Positions 1-13,000 of a stretch of DNA of 64,000 nt are shown one piece after another. The number at the start of each line of letters is the position of its first letter. The stretch's first letter is position 1. The DNA is taken from the NCBI RefSeq assembly GCF_963921235.1, contig NC_086108.1, positions 38,814,001 to 38,878,000 of the forward strand, in the 5' to 3' direction. Position numbers and translations under genes: made by a program. The DNA is from Mobula hypostoma (lineage: Eukaryota). Under the pieces are notes generated by a model. That model did no database searches. It was given only the letters and a program-made list of their open reading frames with translations, and was not told the DNA's origin.

Positions 1-711
1 CTAACTGTCCCAGAAACACCTTAAGGTCTTTATTTTAAAACCAATGAGGTATTTATAAAATGTGACTGTTACTTGTCGGAGAATAAGTAACTAATTTCAT
101 TTGTTGTGCAATTTTGTTGTTTTGGGCAGCAGTACATTGCAAAACATAGTAATTACAATATTAATTAACTAGTAATTACAGTAAGTATATATAATTAAAT
201 TAAGTAGTGCAGAAAGGGAAGGGATTTTGTTTCAAATGAGGTACACTGTCCATTCAGAAATCCGATGGTGGAGGGACAGAAGCTGTCCCTGAAACGACAG
301 GCTCGTCTCACAAACAACAATGTGGTACTGCGATCACATGATGTCTGAGATGTAAATACGAGACAGCACACGTGGGAAGGATTAGGAAAAAAAAACGAAC
401 GAACGAGAACTTTACCATTGTTTTTTTAAAATAATAAATACTATGGGATCTTTTACTACTGTAACCCAATTTAACATCTTCTCAAGCAGAGCAGTCCGAT
501 ACTGCAACATGCAACTCTTTCACTGGTTGTGTTTAAGCTTCAAGAATGGGTCTTCAATCTGCAAATCATCCATTTTGAGCCACTTTCTGCAGCCTAAAAC
601 AAACCAAGTTGTGTTTCTGCAAAGTCCAGCTGGAGTAGAAGAATCCCAAACGTAAAACACTCGTCGGGTGCAGTTTCTGAAAACAAATTAGACCAGACCT
701 GTTTATAAACG

Positions 712-842
712 CAAGAGATTATGCAAATACTGGAAATCCGGAGCACCCCATAGAAAATGCTGGAGGAACTCAACAGGTCAGGCAGCATCTTTGGACAGGA
801 ATAAACAGTTGACTTTTCTGGATGAGAGCCTTCACCAGGATT
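712..842 (-). mobile_element. Degenerate Penelope-like terminal repeat fragment
   Basis: aaaatgctggaggaactcaacaggtcaggcagcatct...cccttcaccagga matches the pseudo-LTR attached to the GIY-YIG element at 44348-45535. Confidence 0.7.
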
Positions 843-971
843 TTTTTTATTGTTTAATTCTGAAAAATATTACTTTAACTCTTTTTCTATTTTTTATAAT
901 TTTTCTTCCCCCCCCCCCATCCCACCCCTCTCTTCCCGGTAACCTTGCTAGTTTGTTATTTTTGCTATGTT

Positions 972-1202
972 TGTAACTCCAAAACATAAAAGCCAGTTTA
1001 AAGTAAAACATGGATCTGGGAGGTAATGCGTATCTAGTTTCATTTTTACTTTAAGCAAGGTGCATAAGTAATAACATGGTGTGATGATGTACACCATTCA
1101 TGTACTCTTACATATAACCTGTAATTAATTATTTAAACAAACAAGAGTGCTTAATCAAAGAATATATTTACAACATTGCAGTACTCAAATATTAAATACA
1201 CA
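972..1202. mobile_element. Possible short solo LTR
   Basis: Starts TGTAAC and ends ACACA; no TSD recovered. Confidence 0.35.
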
Positions 1203-2171
1203 ATCATTTTCAGCAGTGTTTGATCCTTTTTCTGCAGCACTGTAGCACAGCACCTTCTGCTGACCCTTCAGCTGCAGTGAGGTGCCTGATTTTCAGCTTC
1301 CTCCACTTGTTTTTGGGACCTGGTTTGCTGACTGCATCTCCCTATTTCATTATCTATAAACCCACATTGCTAATACAATTAAAGTTAATAAAGCTGTTTC
1401 AAGGAAATGATGCTTGATGAGTCAGCCTCATCATCCAGTGTTCCAACTGGACAAACATGAGAGCTGATTTTGAAACATTTCTGGTATTAAAGGTGGTTAA
1501 TCTGTCTAATTTTAGGACATGATTAGGACCGTTTTAAGACAGTTCTGTGTATACATTTTAAAGGCAGAGTTTTGTTTTAATATGTATTTGCCTTTAATTG
1601 TATAACTTGAAAAATGTACTTTAGACAAACATTTCATTTTACACACACTATTTCATTTTGCTCACAAGGCAGAGGGTGGTAGTAGATGGAGCATATTCTG
1701 CCTGGAGGTCAGTGACCAGTGGTATACTGCAGGGATCTGTTATGGGACCCCTGCTCTTTGAAATTTTTACATTTGGAAGCTTGCAGATGGCAAAAAGGTT
1801 GGTGATATTGTGGATAGAGTAGAAGGTTATAATGAAACATTGATTGGACGCAGAGCTGGGCTGAGAAGTGGCAGATGGAGTTCAATTGGGAAAAATGTAG
1901 AGTGATGCACTTTGGAAGGTTAAACTTGAAGGCCGAGTGCAGGGTTAATGCCAGGATTCTTAACAGTGTGGAAAAGCAGGGGGATCTTGGATTCTACATC
2001 CATAGATCCCTCAAAGTTACTGTTCATTGATGGAGTGGTTAATAAGGCATATAGGGTGTTGGCCTTCATTAATCAGGGGACAGAGTTCAGGAGCTGTGAT
2101 TTGGAGAATTTCGAGAGGGTGCAGAGGAGATTTACCAAGATCCTGCCCAGATTAGAAAGTACGTCTTATGT

Positions 2172-2802
2172 GAACAACAGGAATTCTGCAGATGCTGGAA
2201 ATTCAAGCAACACACATCGAAGTTGCTGGAACGCAGCAGGCCAGGCAGCATCTCTAGGAAGAGGTACAGTTGACGTTTCAGGCCGAGACCCTTCGTCAGG
2301 ACTGACTGAAGGAAGAGTTAGTAAGAGATTTGAAAGTGGGAGGGGGAGGGGGAGATCCAAAATGATAGGAGAAGAGAGGAGGGGGAGGGATGGAGCCAAG
2401 AGCTGGACAGGTGATTGGCAAAGGGGATATGAGAGGATCATGGGACAGGAGGTCCGGGGAGAAAGACAAGGGGGGGAACCCAGAGGATGGGCAAGGAGTA
2501 TAGTCAGAGGGAGAAAAAGGAGAGTGAGAGAAAGAATGTGTGTATAAAAATAAATAATGGATGGGGTACGAGGGGGAGGTGGGGCATTAGCAGAAGTTAG
2601 AGAAGTCAATGTTCATGCCATCAGGTTGGAGGCTACCCAGATGGAATATAAGGTGTTGTTCCTCCAACCTGAGTGTGGCTTCATCTTTACAGTAGAGGAG
2701 GCCGTGGATAGACATGTCAGAATGGGAATGGGATGTGGAATTAAAATGTGTGGCCACTGGGAGATCCTGCTTTCTCTGGCGGACAGAGCGTAGGTGTTCA
2801 GC
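2172..2802 (-). mobile_element. Penelope-like element 3' fragment with hammerhead-bearing terminal repeat
   Basis: Contains the end of the GIY-YIG ORF (tcaggttggaggctacccagatggaatataagg), a purine-rich tract and the terminal repeat; inserted in CR1 with a degenerate tcttatg duplication. Confidence 0.85.
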
Positions 2803-2859
2803 AAAAATATCTTATGCAGATAGGTTGAGAGAACTAGGATTTTTCTCTCTAGCAAACCA

Positions 2860-3139
2860 GCAAGTTTATTTGTATAGCAATTTTCAAACACAAGGCAGTT
2901 CAAAATACTTTACATAGAACAAGATATAAAAATCGAACATCAAATTTCAGACAATATATAAGAATAAAATCACACAAAAGTAGTTATGATAAATAAAAGT
3001 TACAGTGCGAGAGATGCTAATTGAAAGCTTCAGTGAAAAGAAATGTTTAAACCTGGATTTAAAAGAGCTTAAAGTTGGGGCAGACTTCAGATCCTCTGGA
3101 AGGTTACTCCAGATATGTGAAGCATAGTAACTAAAAGCA
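2860..3139 (-). mobile_element. L2-type LINE 3' end fragment
   Basis: tttatttgtatagcaattttcaaacacaaggcagttcaaaatactttaca...aacctggatttaaaag...ccagatatgtgaagcatagtaactaaaagc resembles L2 3' ends as I recall them; interrupts the CR1. Confidence 0.5.
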
Positions 3140-3889
3140 AAGGAGGATGATTAGTGAGTTGATAGAGTTGTATAATAGACAACAGCATTTGTTATGTGGA
3201 CATCAGCATTTTATTCCCAGGCAGCAGTGACACATATGAGAGGGCATATTTCTCAGATGATTGGAAGAAAATCTCGGGGTGATGTCAGAGGTAGGCTTTC
3301 TTTACACAGAGAGTGGTAGGTGGGTGGAATATACTGTCAGGTGTGGTGGAAGTGGAAGCAGACACATTAGGGACACCTAAAGAGACTCTTAGATAGGTAC
3401 ATGGATGAAAGAAAAATGGAGGGCTATGTGGGAGGAAAGGGTTGGATTGATCCTGGAGCAGGTTAAAAGATTGCCACAACATCTTGGGCTGAAATACAGT
3501 ACCGCATTATACAGGCTTTATGTTCTTTTTCTAATATTTTCTTCCACTTCATTATACTTCACTGGCATTGAAAGAAGGCTTAAAATTAATGTTGTAAATT
3601 TATGTATAGTGAAATTGTCTATTGGTTGATCAATCTGAACTGGGACAATTAATTTACATGGGCCAGGAAATCCTTATGAAAAGATCTATCAGAATCATTA
3701 ATTTTAAATGTTTATTGGGTACATTTCCCTATTATGTTCAAAGAAATTAGCTATATTTTCCATGTTTTTGAACTATATTTTGCACATTTATTTATATCTT
3801 ATAAAATTTCATGGAATTATTCTCTAAAAATCAGCATAGTATTAAATGAAAACTAGAAAATATTATTTTGAAGTAGACTGCATTTGAAG

Positions 3890-6800
3890 TATCACACACA
3901 AACTGGTGGGAGAACTCAGCAGGTCAGGCAGCATCTATGGAAATAAATAAACAGTTGAAGTTTTGGGCCGAGACCCTTCTTCAGGACAGAGAAGGAAGAG
4001 GGAAGACGCCAGAATTAAAAGGTGGGTGAGGAGAAGGAGGCTTGCTGGTAGGTGATAGGTGAAGCCAGGTGAGTAGGAAAGGTCAAGGGCTTGAGAAGAA
4101 GGCACTTGATAGGAGAGGAGAGTGAACTAAAGGAGAAAGGGAAGAAGGAGGGGACACAGGGGGAGGTGATAGGCAGATGAGAAGAGGTAAAAGGTCAGAG
4201 TGGAGAATAGAGGAACTTGGGGGGAGAGTGGATTTTACATAGAACATAGAATAGTACAGCACAGTACAGGCCCTTCAGCCCACAATGTTGTGCTGACCCT
4301 CAAACCCTGCCTCCCATATAACCCCTCACCTTAAATTCCTCCATATACCTGTCCAGTAGTCTCTTAAACTTCACTAGTGAATCTGCCTCCACCACTGACT
4401 CAGGCAGTGCATTCCACACACCAACCACTCTCTGAGTAAAAAACCTTCCTCTAATATTCCCCTTGAACTACCCACCCCTTACCTTAAAGCCATGTCCTCT
4501 TGTATTGAGCAGTGGTGCCCTGGGGAAGAGGCGATGGCTATCCACTCTATCTATTCCTCTTATTATCTTGTACACCTCTATCATGCCTCCTCTCATTCTC
4601 CTTTTCTCCAAAGAGTAAAGCCCTAGCTCCCTTAATCTCTGATCATAATGCATACTCTCTAAACCAGGCAGCATCCTGGTAAATCTCCTCTGTACCCTTT
4701 CCAATGCTTCCACATCCTTCCTATAGTGAGGTGACCAGAACTGGACACAGTACTCCAAGTGTGGCCTAACCAGAGTTTTATAGAGCTGCACCATTACATC
4801 GTGACTCTTAAACTCTATCCCTCGACTTATGAAAGCTAACACCCCATAAGGTTTTTTAACTACCCTATCCACCTGTGAGGCAACTTTCAGGGATCTGTGG
4901 ACATGTACCCCCAGATCCCTCTGCTCCTCCACACTACTAAGTATCCTGCCATTTACTTTGTACTCTGCCTTGGAGTTTGTCCTTCCAAAGTGTACCACCT
5001 CACACTTCTCCGGGTTGAACTCCAACTGCCACTTCTCAGCCCACTTCTGCATCCTATCAATGTCTCTCTGCAATCTTCGACAATCCTCTACACTATCTAC
5101 AACACCACCAACCTTTGTGTCGTCTGCAAACTTGCCAACCCACCCTTCTACCCCTACATTCAGGTCGTTATAAAAATCACGAAAGGTAGAGGTCCCAGAA
5201 CAGATCCTTGTGGGACACCACTAGTTACAATCCTCCAATCTGAGTGTACTCCGTCCACCACCACCCTCTGCCTTCTGCAGGCAAGCCAATTCTGAATCCA
5301 TCTGGCCAAACTTCCCCGGATCCCATGCCTTCTGACTTTCTAAATAAGCCTACTGTGTGGAACCTTGTCAAATGCCTTACTAAAATCCATATAGATCACA
5401 TCCACTGCACTACCCTCATCTATATGCCTGGTCACCTCCTCAAAGAACTCTATCAGGCTTGTTAGACATGATCTGCCCTTCACAAAGCCATGTTGACTGT
5501 CCCTGATCAGACCATGATTCTCTAAGTGCCCAGGGATCCTATCTCTAAGAATCTTTTCCAACAGCTTTCCCACCACAGACGTAAGGCTCACTGGTCTATA
5601 ATTACCCGGACTATCCCTACTACCTTTTTTGAACAAGGGGACAACATTCACCTCCCTACAATCCTCCGGTACCATTCCCGTGGACAACGAGGACATAAAG
5701 ATCCTAGCCAGAGGCTCAGCAATCTCTTCCCTTGCCTCGTGGAGCAGCCTGGGGAATATTCCGTCAGGCCCCGGGGACTTATCCATCCTAATGTATTTTA
5801 ACAACTCCAACACCTCCTCTCCCTTAATATCAACATGCTCCAGAACATCAACCTCACTCATATTGTCCTCACCATCATCAAGTTCCCTCTCATTGGTGAA
5901 TACCGAAGAGAAGTATTCATTGAGGGCCTTACTCACTTCCATAGCCTCCAGGCACATCTTCCCACCTTTACCTCTAATCGGTCCTTCTTTCACTCCTCTC
6001 ATCCTTTTGTTCTTCACATAATTGAAGAATGCCTTGGGGTTTTCATTTACCCTACTCGCCAAGGCCTTCTCATGCCCCCATCTTGGTCTTCTCAGCCCCT
6101 TCTTAAGCTCCTTTCTTGCTTCCCTATATTCCTCAATAGACCCATCTGATCCTTGCTTCCTAAACCTCATGTATGCTGCCTTCTTCCACCTGACTAGATT
6201 TTCCACCTCACTTGTCACCCATAGTTCCTTCACCCTACCATTCTTTATCTTCCTCACCGGGACAAGTTTATCCCTAACATCCTGCAAGAGATCTCTAAAC
6301 ATCGACCACATGTCCATAGTACATTTCCCTTCAAAAACATCATCCCAATTCACACCCGCAAGCTCTAGCCTTATAGCCTCATAATTTGCCTTTCCCCAAT
6401 TAAAAATTTTTCTGTCATCTCTGATTCTATCCTTTCCCATGATAATGCTAAAGGCCAGGGAGCGGTGGTCACTGCCCCCCAGATGCTCACCCACTGAGAG
6501 ATCTGTGACCTGACCCGGTTCATTACCTAGTACTAGATCTAGTATGGCATTCCCCCTAGTTGGCCTGTCCGCATACTGTGACTGGAATCCATCCTGGACA
6601 CACTTAACAAACTCTGCCCCATCTAAACCCTTGGAATTAATCAGGTGCCAATCAATATTAGGGAAGTTAAAGTCACCCATGATAACAACTCCGTTATTTT
6701 TGCACCTTTCCAAACTCTGCCTCCCAATCTGCTCCTCTGTATCTCTGCTGCTACCAGGGGGCCTGTAGAATCCCCCAATAGAGTAACTGCTCCCTTCCTG

Positions 6801-8490
6801 TTCCTGACTTCCACCCATACTGACTCAAAAGAGGATCCTGCTACATTACCCACCCTTTCTGTAGCTGTAATAGTATCCCTGACGAGTAATGCCAGCCCTC
6901 CTCTCCTTTTTCCGCCCTCTCTATCCCTTTTAAAGCACTGAAATCCAGGAATATCGAGAATCCATTCCTGCCCTGGTGCCAGTCAAGTCTCTGTAATGGC
7001 CACTACATCATAATTCCATGTATGTATCCAAGCCCTCAGTTCATCACCTTTGTTCCTGATGCTTCTTGCATTGAGGTACACACACTTCAGCCCTTCTACC
7101 TTACTACCTTTACACCCTTTATTCTGTTTCTCTTTCCTCAAAGCCTCTCTATATGTTAGATCTGGCTTTACTCCATGCACTTCTTTCACTGCTCTATCGC
7201 TCTGGGTCCCATCCCCCTCGCAAATTAGTTCAAACCCTCCTGAACCATGCTAGCAAACCTACCTGCAAGGATATTGCTCCCCCTCGAGTTCAGGTGCACC
7301 CCATCCAATCTGTACAGGTCCCACCTTCCCTAGAAGAGATCCCAATGATCCAAAAATCTAAAACCCTGCTCCCTGCACCAACTCCTCAGCCACGCATTCA
7401 ACTGCCAACTCCTCCAATTCTTACAATCACTGTCACGTAGCACTGGCAGCAATCCTGAGAACGCCACCCTTGAGGTCCTGTTCTTCAGCCTTCTGCCTAG
7501 TTCCCGAAACTCACACTTCAGGACCTCATCCCTCTTCCTGCCTATGTCATTGGTCCCGACATGTATCACGACTTCTGGTTGCTTTCCCTCTCGTACCAGG
7601 ATGTCGTGCACCCGATCAGAGACATCCCGGACCCTGGCACCCGGGAGGCAACAAACCATGCGGGTCCTTCTCACGTCCATAAAACCTCCTGTCTGCTCCC
7701 CTGACTATAGAGTCTCCAATGACGACAGCTCTCCTCTTCTCCGTCCCACCCTTCTGAACCACTGGGTCAGACTCAGTGCCGGAGGCCCTGCCACCGTGGC
7801 TCACCCCTGGTCGGTCATCCCCGCCAACAGTATCCAGGACGGTAAACTTATTATTCAGGGTATGGCTACAGTGGTGCTCTGCACTACCTGTCTGCTCACC
7901 TTCGCTTTCCCCCCCTCTGACTGTCACCCAACGACCTGTTTCTGACAGCCTAGGTGTGACTACCTCCCTGTAGCTCTCATCTATGACTGCCTCATTCTCC
8001 CTTATGAGTCGAAGGTCATCCAGCTGCTGCTCCAGATTCCTTACATGGTCTTCCAGATCGCCCAGCCGTATGCACTTCTGGCAGATGTGACTCTGCGGGA
8101 GAAGGGCGTTCCCCCAAGACTGCCACGTCTCACATGAGAGGCACATCACCGTCTCAGGAGACATTGTAAAGACTAACTGCGAGCAAGCTTGTCCTCCGCC
8201 TCTTCTCGTCGAAGCCTCTCGAGTCAAAGCCTCAAAGCTCCACTCCTTCACTGGCCCACTCACTCACTGGCCGTTGGATTTTGTGTACCAGAAGAAGAAA
8301 TCATGCCCTCGGGTTGGAGGCTACTCAAACAGAAGACAAGGTCTTGGTCCTTCACCTTAGAGGGCGGCCTCACTTGACGCAAGAGGAGGCCGTAGAGCGA
8401 CATGTCAGAATGGGGGTGGGAATCACAGTGAAATGTTTGGCCATCAGGAAGTCCCACTGGAGGCAATGGAGCAAAGGTGCCCAGCAAAGT
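3890..8490 (-). mobile_element. Penelope-like fragment (3890-4236 and 8283-8490) split by a CR1
   Basis: Terminal repeat at 3890-3990 followed by a purine tract; continues after the CR1 with gggttggaggctactcaaacag and gacatgtcagaatggg. Confidence 0.75.
4237..8274 (-). mobile_element. Full-length CR1 LINE (ORF1 zinc finger + GDSL esterase; ORF2 APE-RT), with frameshifts
   Basis: ORF1 about 8165-7230 (CLSCETW...HICQKC, VVIGDSIVRG, VIHVGTNDI). ORF2 about 7080-4340 (NARSIRNK, GDFNFP, KSPGPDGI, NYRPVSLTS, YMDFSKAFDKVPH). (TTCTATG)n-type 3' tail; 8-bp TSD tggatttt at 4229-4236 and 8275-8282. Confidence 0.95.
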
Positions 8491-8719
8491 GTGTGAAATA
8501 TAACCTGGAGCTATATTAACAACTGATATTTCAAGACTTTTGGCAATGTTACAAATAATATTTCCCTAAACAATGGTCTTGCTTGACTCTTCTTCCCGTA
8601 TTCCACCTTTTGTAATATAATCCAAACACTCAAAATATTGCTCTGCCAGGAGAGACTTCTGGAATGTAGTATTATGTAGCATAGTAAAACTAACAAAATA
8701 AATTTATGCCTAATTTTAA

Positions 8720-8973
8720 GATGATTGGAGGAAAGCATCGGGGGGGGGGAGTGGGGTGTTGTATATGTTTTACATAGAGAGTGGTGGGTGCATGGAACAT
8801 CATGCCAGGGGTAGAGGTTGATACATTAGTGACATTTAAAAAACTCTTATTTAGGCACACAGATGTCAGAAAAATGGAGGGTTATGTGTGAAGGAAGGGC
8901 TAGATTGATCTTAGAGTAGGTTAAGAGGTCGTAGGCTGAAGGACTTGTATTGTGCTTTAGTGTTCTATGTTCT
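8720..8973 (+). mobile_element. CR1 3' fragment
   Basis: ttttacatagagagtggtgggtgcatggaac ... ttctatgttcta tail. Confidence 0.75.
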
Positions 8974-9623
8974 AAAAATTCAGAATATTAAAGTTGTACA
9001 CGCAAGTCCTCACAAAAGGTACTGTAATTTTCATGCTTGTGAATAATACCGTACATTTAGAAAAAGGCACAGAGTTTCAATTGCCATTAACTCTATTTGT
9101 TCTGTTTCTGCACTGTTACATTTTGGGAATAGCATGTGGGCAGGGAAGGATAATTTAGAATAAACTTCACCCGACATCAATGTGATGAGACCCTCTTAAA
9201 AACTGAAAAAAAAAATTCCTTTAAACACCAATTGTCTAAAGATCATTTGTACAGATTCAGTTTAATTGATCTCCTTTCAATGTTTCAAAAGCAAAACACA
9301 GGAGATGATGGAAAGCAGAAATAACAACAGAAGTTGCTGAAGTTACTGTACTCAGCAGATCAGGCTGTGTCTGTGGAGAGAGAAACGAGAGATAAGGATT
9401 CAAATCAATGACTGAGTAGAACATATTTGCACTGTGCTAGTATTGTGAGAACAATTCATCCCAAAGCAACATCAAATAATGCTATGTGGAAAATCATCTT
9501 GTGCTTTCTGTAAACTTTCTCATTCTGGTACCTTTCCCACATGATAGTGCTGGGATATCAAAGCCCACCCATGAAACTTGTTTTAGCATCTTCACTGTAT
9601 TTTCAATCTATCTGCAGAAAGGT

Positions 9624-9751
9624 CCTGACGAAGGGTCTCGGCCTGAAACATCGACTGTACCTCGTCCTAGAGACGCTGCCTGGCCTGCTGCGTTCACCAG
9701 CAACTTTGATGTGTGTTGCTTGAATTTCCAGCATCTGCAGAATTCCTGTTG
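9624..9751 (+). mobile_element. 128-bp solo Penelope terminal repeat starting at the hammerhead core
   Basis: cctgacgaagggtctcggcctgaaac...aattcctgttg, flanked by a perfect 13-bp TSD tctgcagaaaggt (9611-9623, 9752-9764). Confidence 0.9.
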
Positions 9752-10119
9752 TCTGCAGAAAGGTTTTCTCATTTCCTTTATGTGTGTATAAATGTCTTTG
9801 ATGAGCCACGAAAAGCTCTTGCTCAAGATGAGGCATGTTCGCACTATTACCCAGGGCCTTTTGCAGAAACATTATGGGATGTCTGACTGTGGTGAACTTG
9901 ATGTGTCCTAGATGCATTGCTGCCCTGGTGAGGAGATCATCAGTTTTTGCACTAGCAGGCTCAATGGTGGTCTGAGAGCCGGGAATGGTGTAGGGATGGG
10001 TGGAATGTTCATGAGAGTGTTAAAGCAACAATTTCTGTGTGTATGAGGGAACAATGATTTAGCAGTGTTCAACTCACTCTGATGGCCCTTCTAACATCAT
10101 GAACTATCTTGCAATATTA

Positions 10120-10410
10120 TAGTCATAGTTGTACACACAGAAATAGGTCCTTTGGCCCACTGTGTGAATGCCAACCTTTTTGTCCATCCACACTAATTTT
10201 ATTTGTTTGCACTGTCCTTCTATGCCTTGCCTATTCAAGTACCTATCTAACTACCGGTTAAACATAGTGATTGTATCTGACAACACCATCTCCTCTGGCA
10301 GTGTGTTCCAGATATCAACCATTCTCTGTGTGCAAGATGAACTTTCCTCACAAATCTCCTTTGAAACTCCTGCCTCTGGTCCTAAGTCTTTGCCCTCTTG
10401 GTTCTGACAC
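10120..10410 (-). mobile_element. Old CR1 3' fragment
   Basis: tagagtcatag tail, ctggcagtgtgttccagatatcaaccattctctgtgtg. Confidence 0.65.
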
Positions 10411-11309
10411 CTTTATGAAGGGTTTATTTCTTTTTGTAAAGTGCTTCCCTTCATGAGAGAATGACTGAAGCTGACTTTTCCATTCTTACTCTTGGAAGAG
10501 CAAGTATCAGCCATCCCCTGTTAGACCACTATTGGTGGTTCTGGCAGCTGTCCAGGAATCCCTGAGGCATAGTCTCTCCATCCTGGCATATATTTTGTTC
10601 ACTGGGATTTCTGGGACAAGGGGCTGGTTGATGCCCCCTGTGTTGCCATCAAGCAAAGAATTGGCAACTGTGATGCAACTTTAGCCTCATTAACTATTCA
10701 ACTGCTGCTTTTAATGTTTTTGAAGCTTATCCAAATTCTACCCCTCTGTAATCAATCAAATGGATGTCACATATGCTGAAAGAAAAATTCTTCATCTCCC
10801 AATGTAGCTTTGCACATTATTTGTCTATCTGCACTTCCCTTTCTCTGTAACTATAACATTATATTCTGCATTCTTGTCTTCCACTTTTACTGCCTCAATG
10901 TACTTGTGTCTGGAATGGTCTGTCTCAAGAGCATGCAAACCGAAACTAACCTCTGTATCTTAGTGCACGTGAAAAACATAAACCAATACCACTGTGTTTA
11001 GGCACACCAGAAATAGATGGAATGCATTTTCTAGGCTCAGGAGCAGACAGATTGGATAAAGAAAAGGTAATCTGTTTACATATTAATGCTACATTAAAGT
11101 GGCATATAAATTAATACAATTGCCAAAAATAATGTTGCAGATATCAACAGATATTAATGTTGAAACATGTTCAAACTTCCCTTGATAAGATACCTAATTC
11201 AGGTGAAATCATTCAACTTCAATAAGAGAATCGGAATCATCTTAAACATCTTGCTTTAATTAATGAGATGTGAATTCATATTAATTTTCTGACCTCTATC
11301 CAGTCTTTA

Positions 11310-11495
11310 AAAAAATAATTAAGTAGTTCAAGTATAGGATGTTTGACAGCCCTTAAACTCCCTTGCTTAAAATGTTAAAAAGAATGTTTCATCTTTAACT
11401 TTATGCCTTTTGGAGATCGGTTCATCTTCTACTCACTTAACTATTCACAGTAACAGAAATTTTGACCAAGGGTGCCCAAACTTTTGCTTGCCATC
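11310..11495. mobile_element. Tc1-like DNA transposon terminal fragment
   Basis: Ends in ttttgaccaagggtgcccaaacttttgcttgcca, which resembles Tc1 TIR ends; left boundary approximate. Confidence 0.5.
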
Positions 11496-12256
11496 TTTAA
11501 GTGTCTCCCCATGTGTATGAAAGTACTAAGTTATCATTGCAATAAATTCAGTCATCTTTTAATGCTATTTATTGCTAAGTACCTACAATATCTTTTACAG
11601 GATAAGATTGTCCAAATCTTTTTATTTACATCACATTGACATTGATGTGGATGGTGCATAACTTAAAAAAAATTAAAAATCATATTCCAATTTTTAGTGT
11701 TAGAGATCAACTCCTTAGAAAAATATCATTTTGCTGAAGTTACTGACTATATTGACATAAATTCAATTTTTCTTCATAAACATCTTCTGTTCCATAGACT
11801 AGATTTTCTTAAGAATATTAAACCAACTTTTGGAATTCCTTGGCAATGTATTAATATGAAATGCTGCAATTATTCTGTACCCAGTTAATTTTTTGTTTAA
11901 TATTCTTCAGAGTAATTATTTTGGCTTGTAAATTAAAATAAGGTTACTTATTAAAATATAAGATGTTGCAAAATCAGTATTTCATCATAATTTCATTCTG
12001 TAAATATTTTTAAACTTTTTAAAATATATATAAAATATACTTCAGAGGGATAGAAGATGCCTTTCTCCAACTATCACTTTGGTGAATTCATTAAGTATCT
12101 TTTAAAGGCTACTTTTGTTTCATTTCATCCTATCATTGTTTGAATGCATTGACCTTTTGAGCTGATGCATTCTTTTAATCACAAGCAGGTCTTCTGAACT
12201 ATTTTTGATGGTTAAAGAATCTGCATTACTTTTTAGAATCTTGTTATAGGCCTTAA

Positions 12257-12513
12257 GACCCCGCTGATGGCGTAGTGGCATCAGTGTCGGACTTCGGGAT
12301 GAAAGGTCCCGGGTTCGAATCCAGCCAGCTGGCTCCCCTGCACGCTTTCCATCCGTGCTGAGTTACGAGCTGGTGATTTCTTTGGAAACTCACATGGCAG
12401 AAGGCAATGGCAAACCACTGCTGTAACTTGCATCGTACATGGTTCCCCACTACGTCAGAGAGGCGTGGAGGGAAATCGTGCACTAACCGGAGAAACTCCG
12501 GATGCGACTTACC
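12257..12513 (+). mobile_element. tRNA-derived SINE with RTE-like motif
   Basis: A box TGGCGTAGTGG, B box GGTTCGAATCC, internal GAAGGCAATGGCAAACCACT; 12-bp TSD tatag(g/a)ccttaa at 12245-12256 and 12514-12525. Confidence 0.9.
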
Positions 12514-12539
12514 TATAGACCTTAATTCTGTTTGTCACA

Positions 12540-13000
12540 GGACAAGAAGGAAGTGATTGCATTGAGGAGTATGCAGAGAAGATTCAACAGGATGTTGCCT
12601 AAATTGGAGGACTTCAGTTATGGGGAGAAATTGAATAGGTTGGGCATGTTTGCCTGGTGCAAAGGAGTAAGTATGTTGTATTATTAGAGGCATAGTCAAA
12701 ATCTCAGGGTATCAAAAACATGAGGTCACAAGTTTAAGGTGAGACGAAGGAGTTTTAGAGTGAATCTGAGGAGTAAGTACATTGGATGGTTGACATCTGA
12801 GACACACTGCCAGAAGAAATGGTAGAAACAGATATAAGCACTTATGCTTAAGAGGCATTTAGGCAAGCACTTAAATAGACAAACCATAAGAGGATATGGA
12901 CTTAATGCAGGCAAGTAGGGTTAGTCTAGACAGGCAAAAAGATTGGTATGTACTTTGTAGGTCGAGGAGGCCTATTGATGTGCTGTAAGACTCTGACCTG
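12540..13000 (+). mobile_element. Old CR1 3' fragment
   Basis: gcagagaagattcaacaggatgttgcct (QRRFNRMLP), tttaaggtgag. Confidence 0.7.

Larger units (their letters stand above)
1665..3525 (+). mobile_element. Old CR1 LINE 3' part, split by two insertions
   Basis: Decayed RT motifs (WAEKWQMEFN, ERVQRRFTKILPRLE) at 1665-2170, resuming at 2807-2850 and 3140-3525 (tttacacagagagtggtagg). Confidence 0.8.

Noticed and set aside
1948..2609. 199-aa and 147-aa ORFs
   Set aside because: Chance frames across a CR1/Penelope junction and purine-rich repeat; similar peptides recur in every copy.
4897..7973. Plus-strand ORFs opposite CR1 (also 18899-20857 and 52985-53825)
   Set aside because: Antisense shadows of LINE coding sequence.
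12257..12330. tRNA gene (also at 43716)
   Set aside because: The tRNA-like head continues into a SINE body with a TSD.
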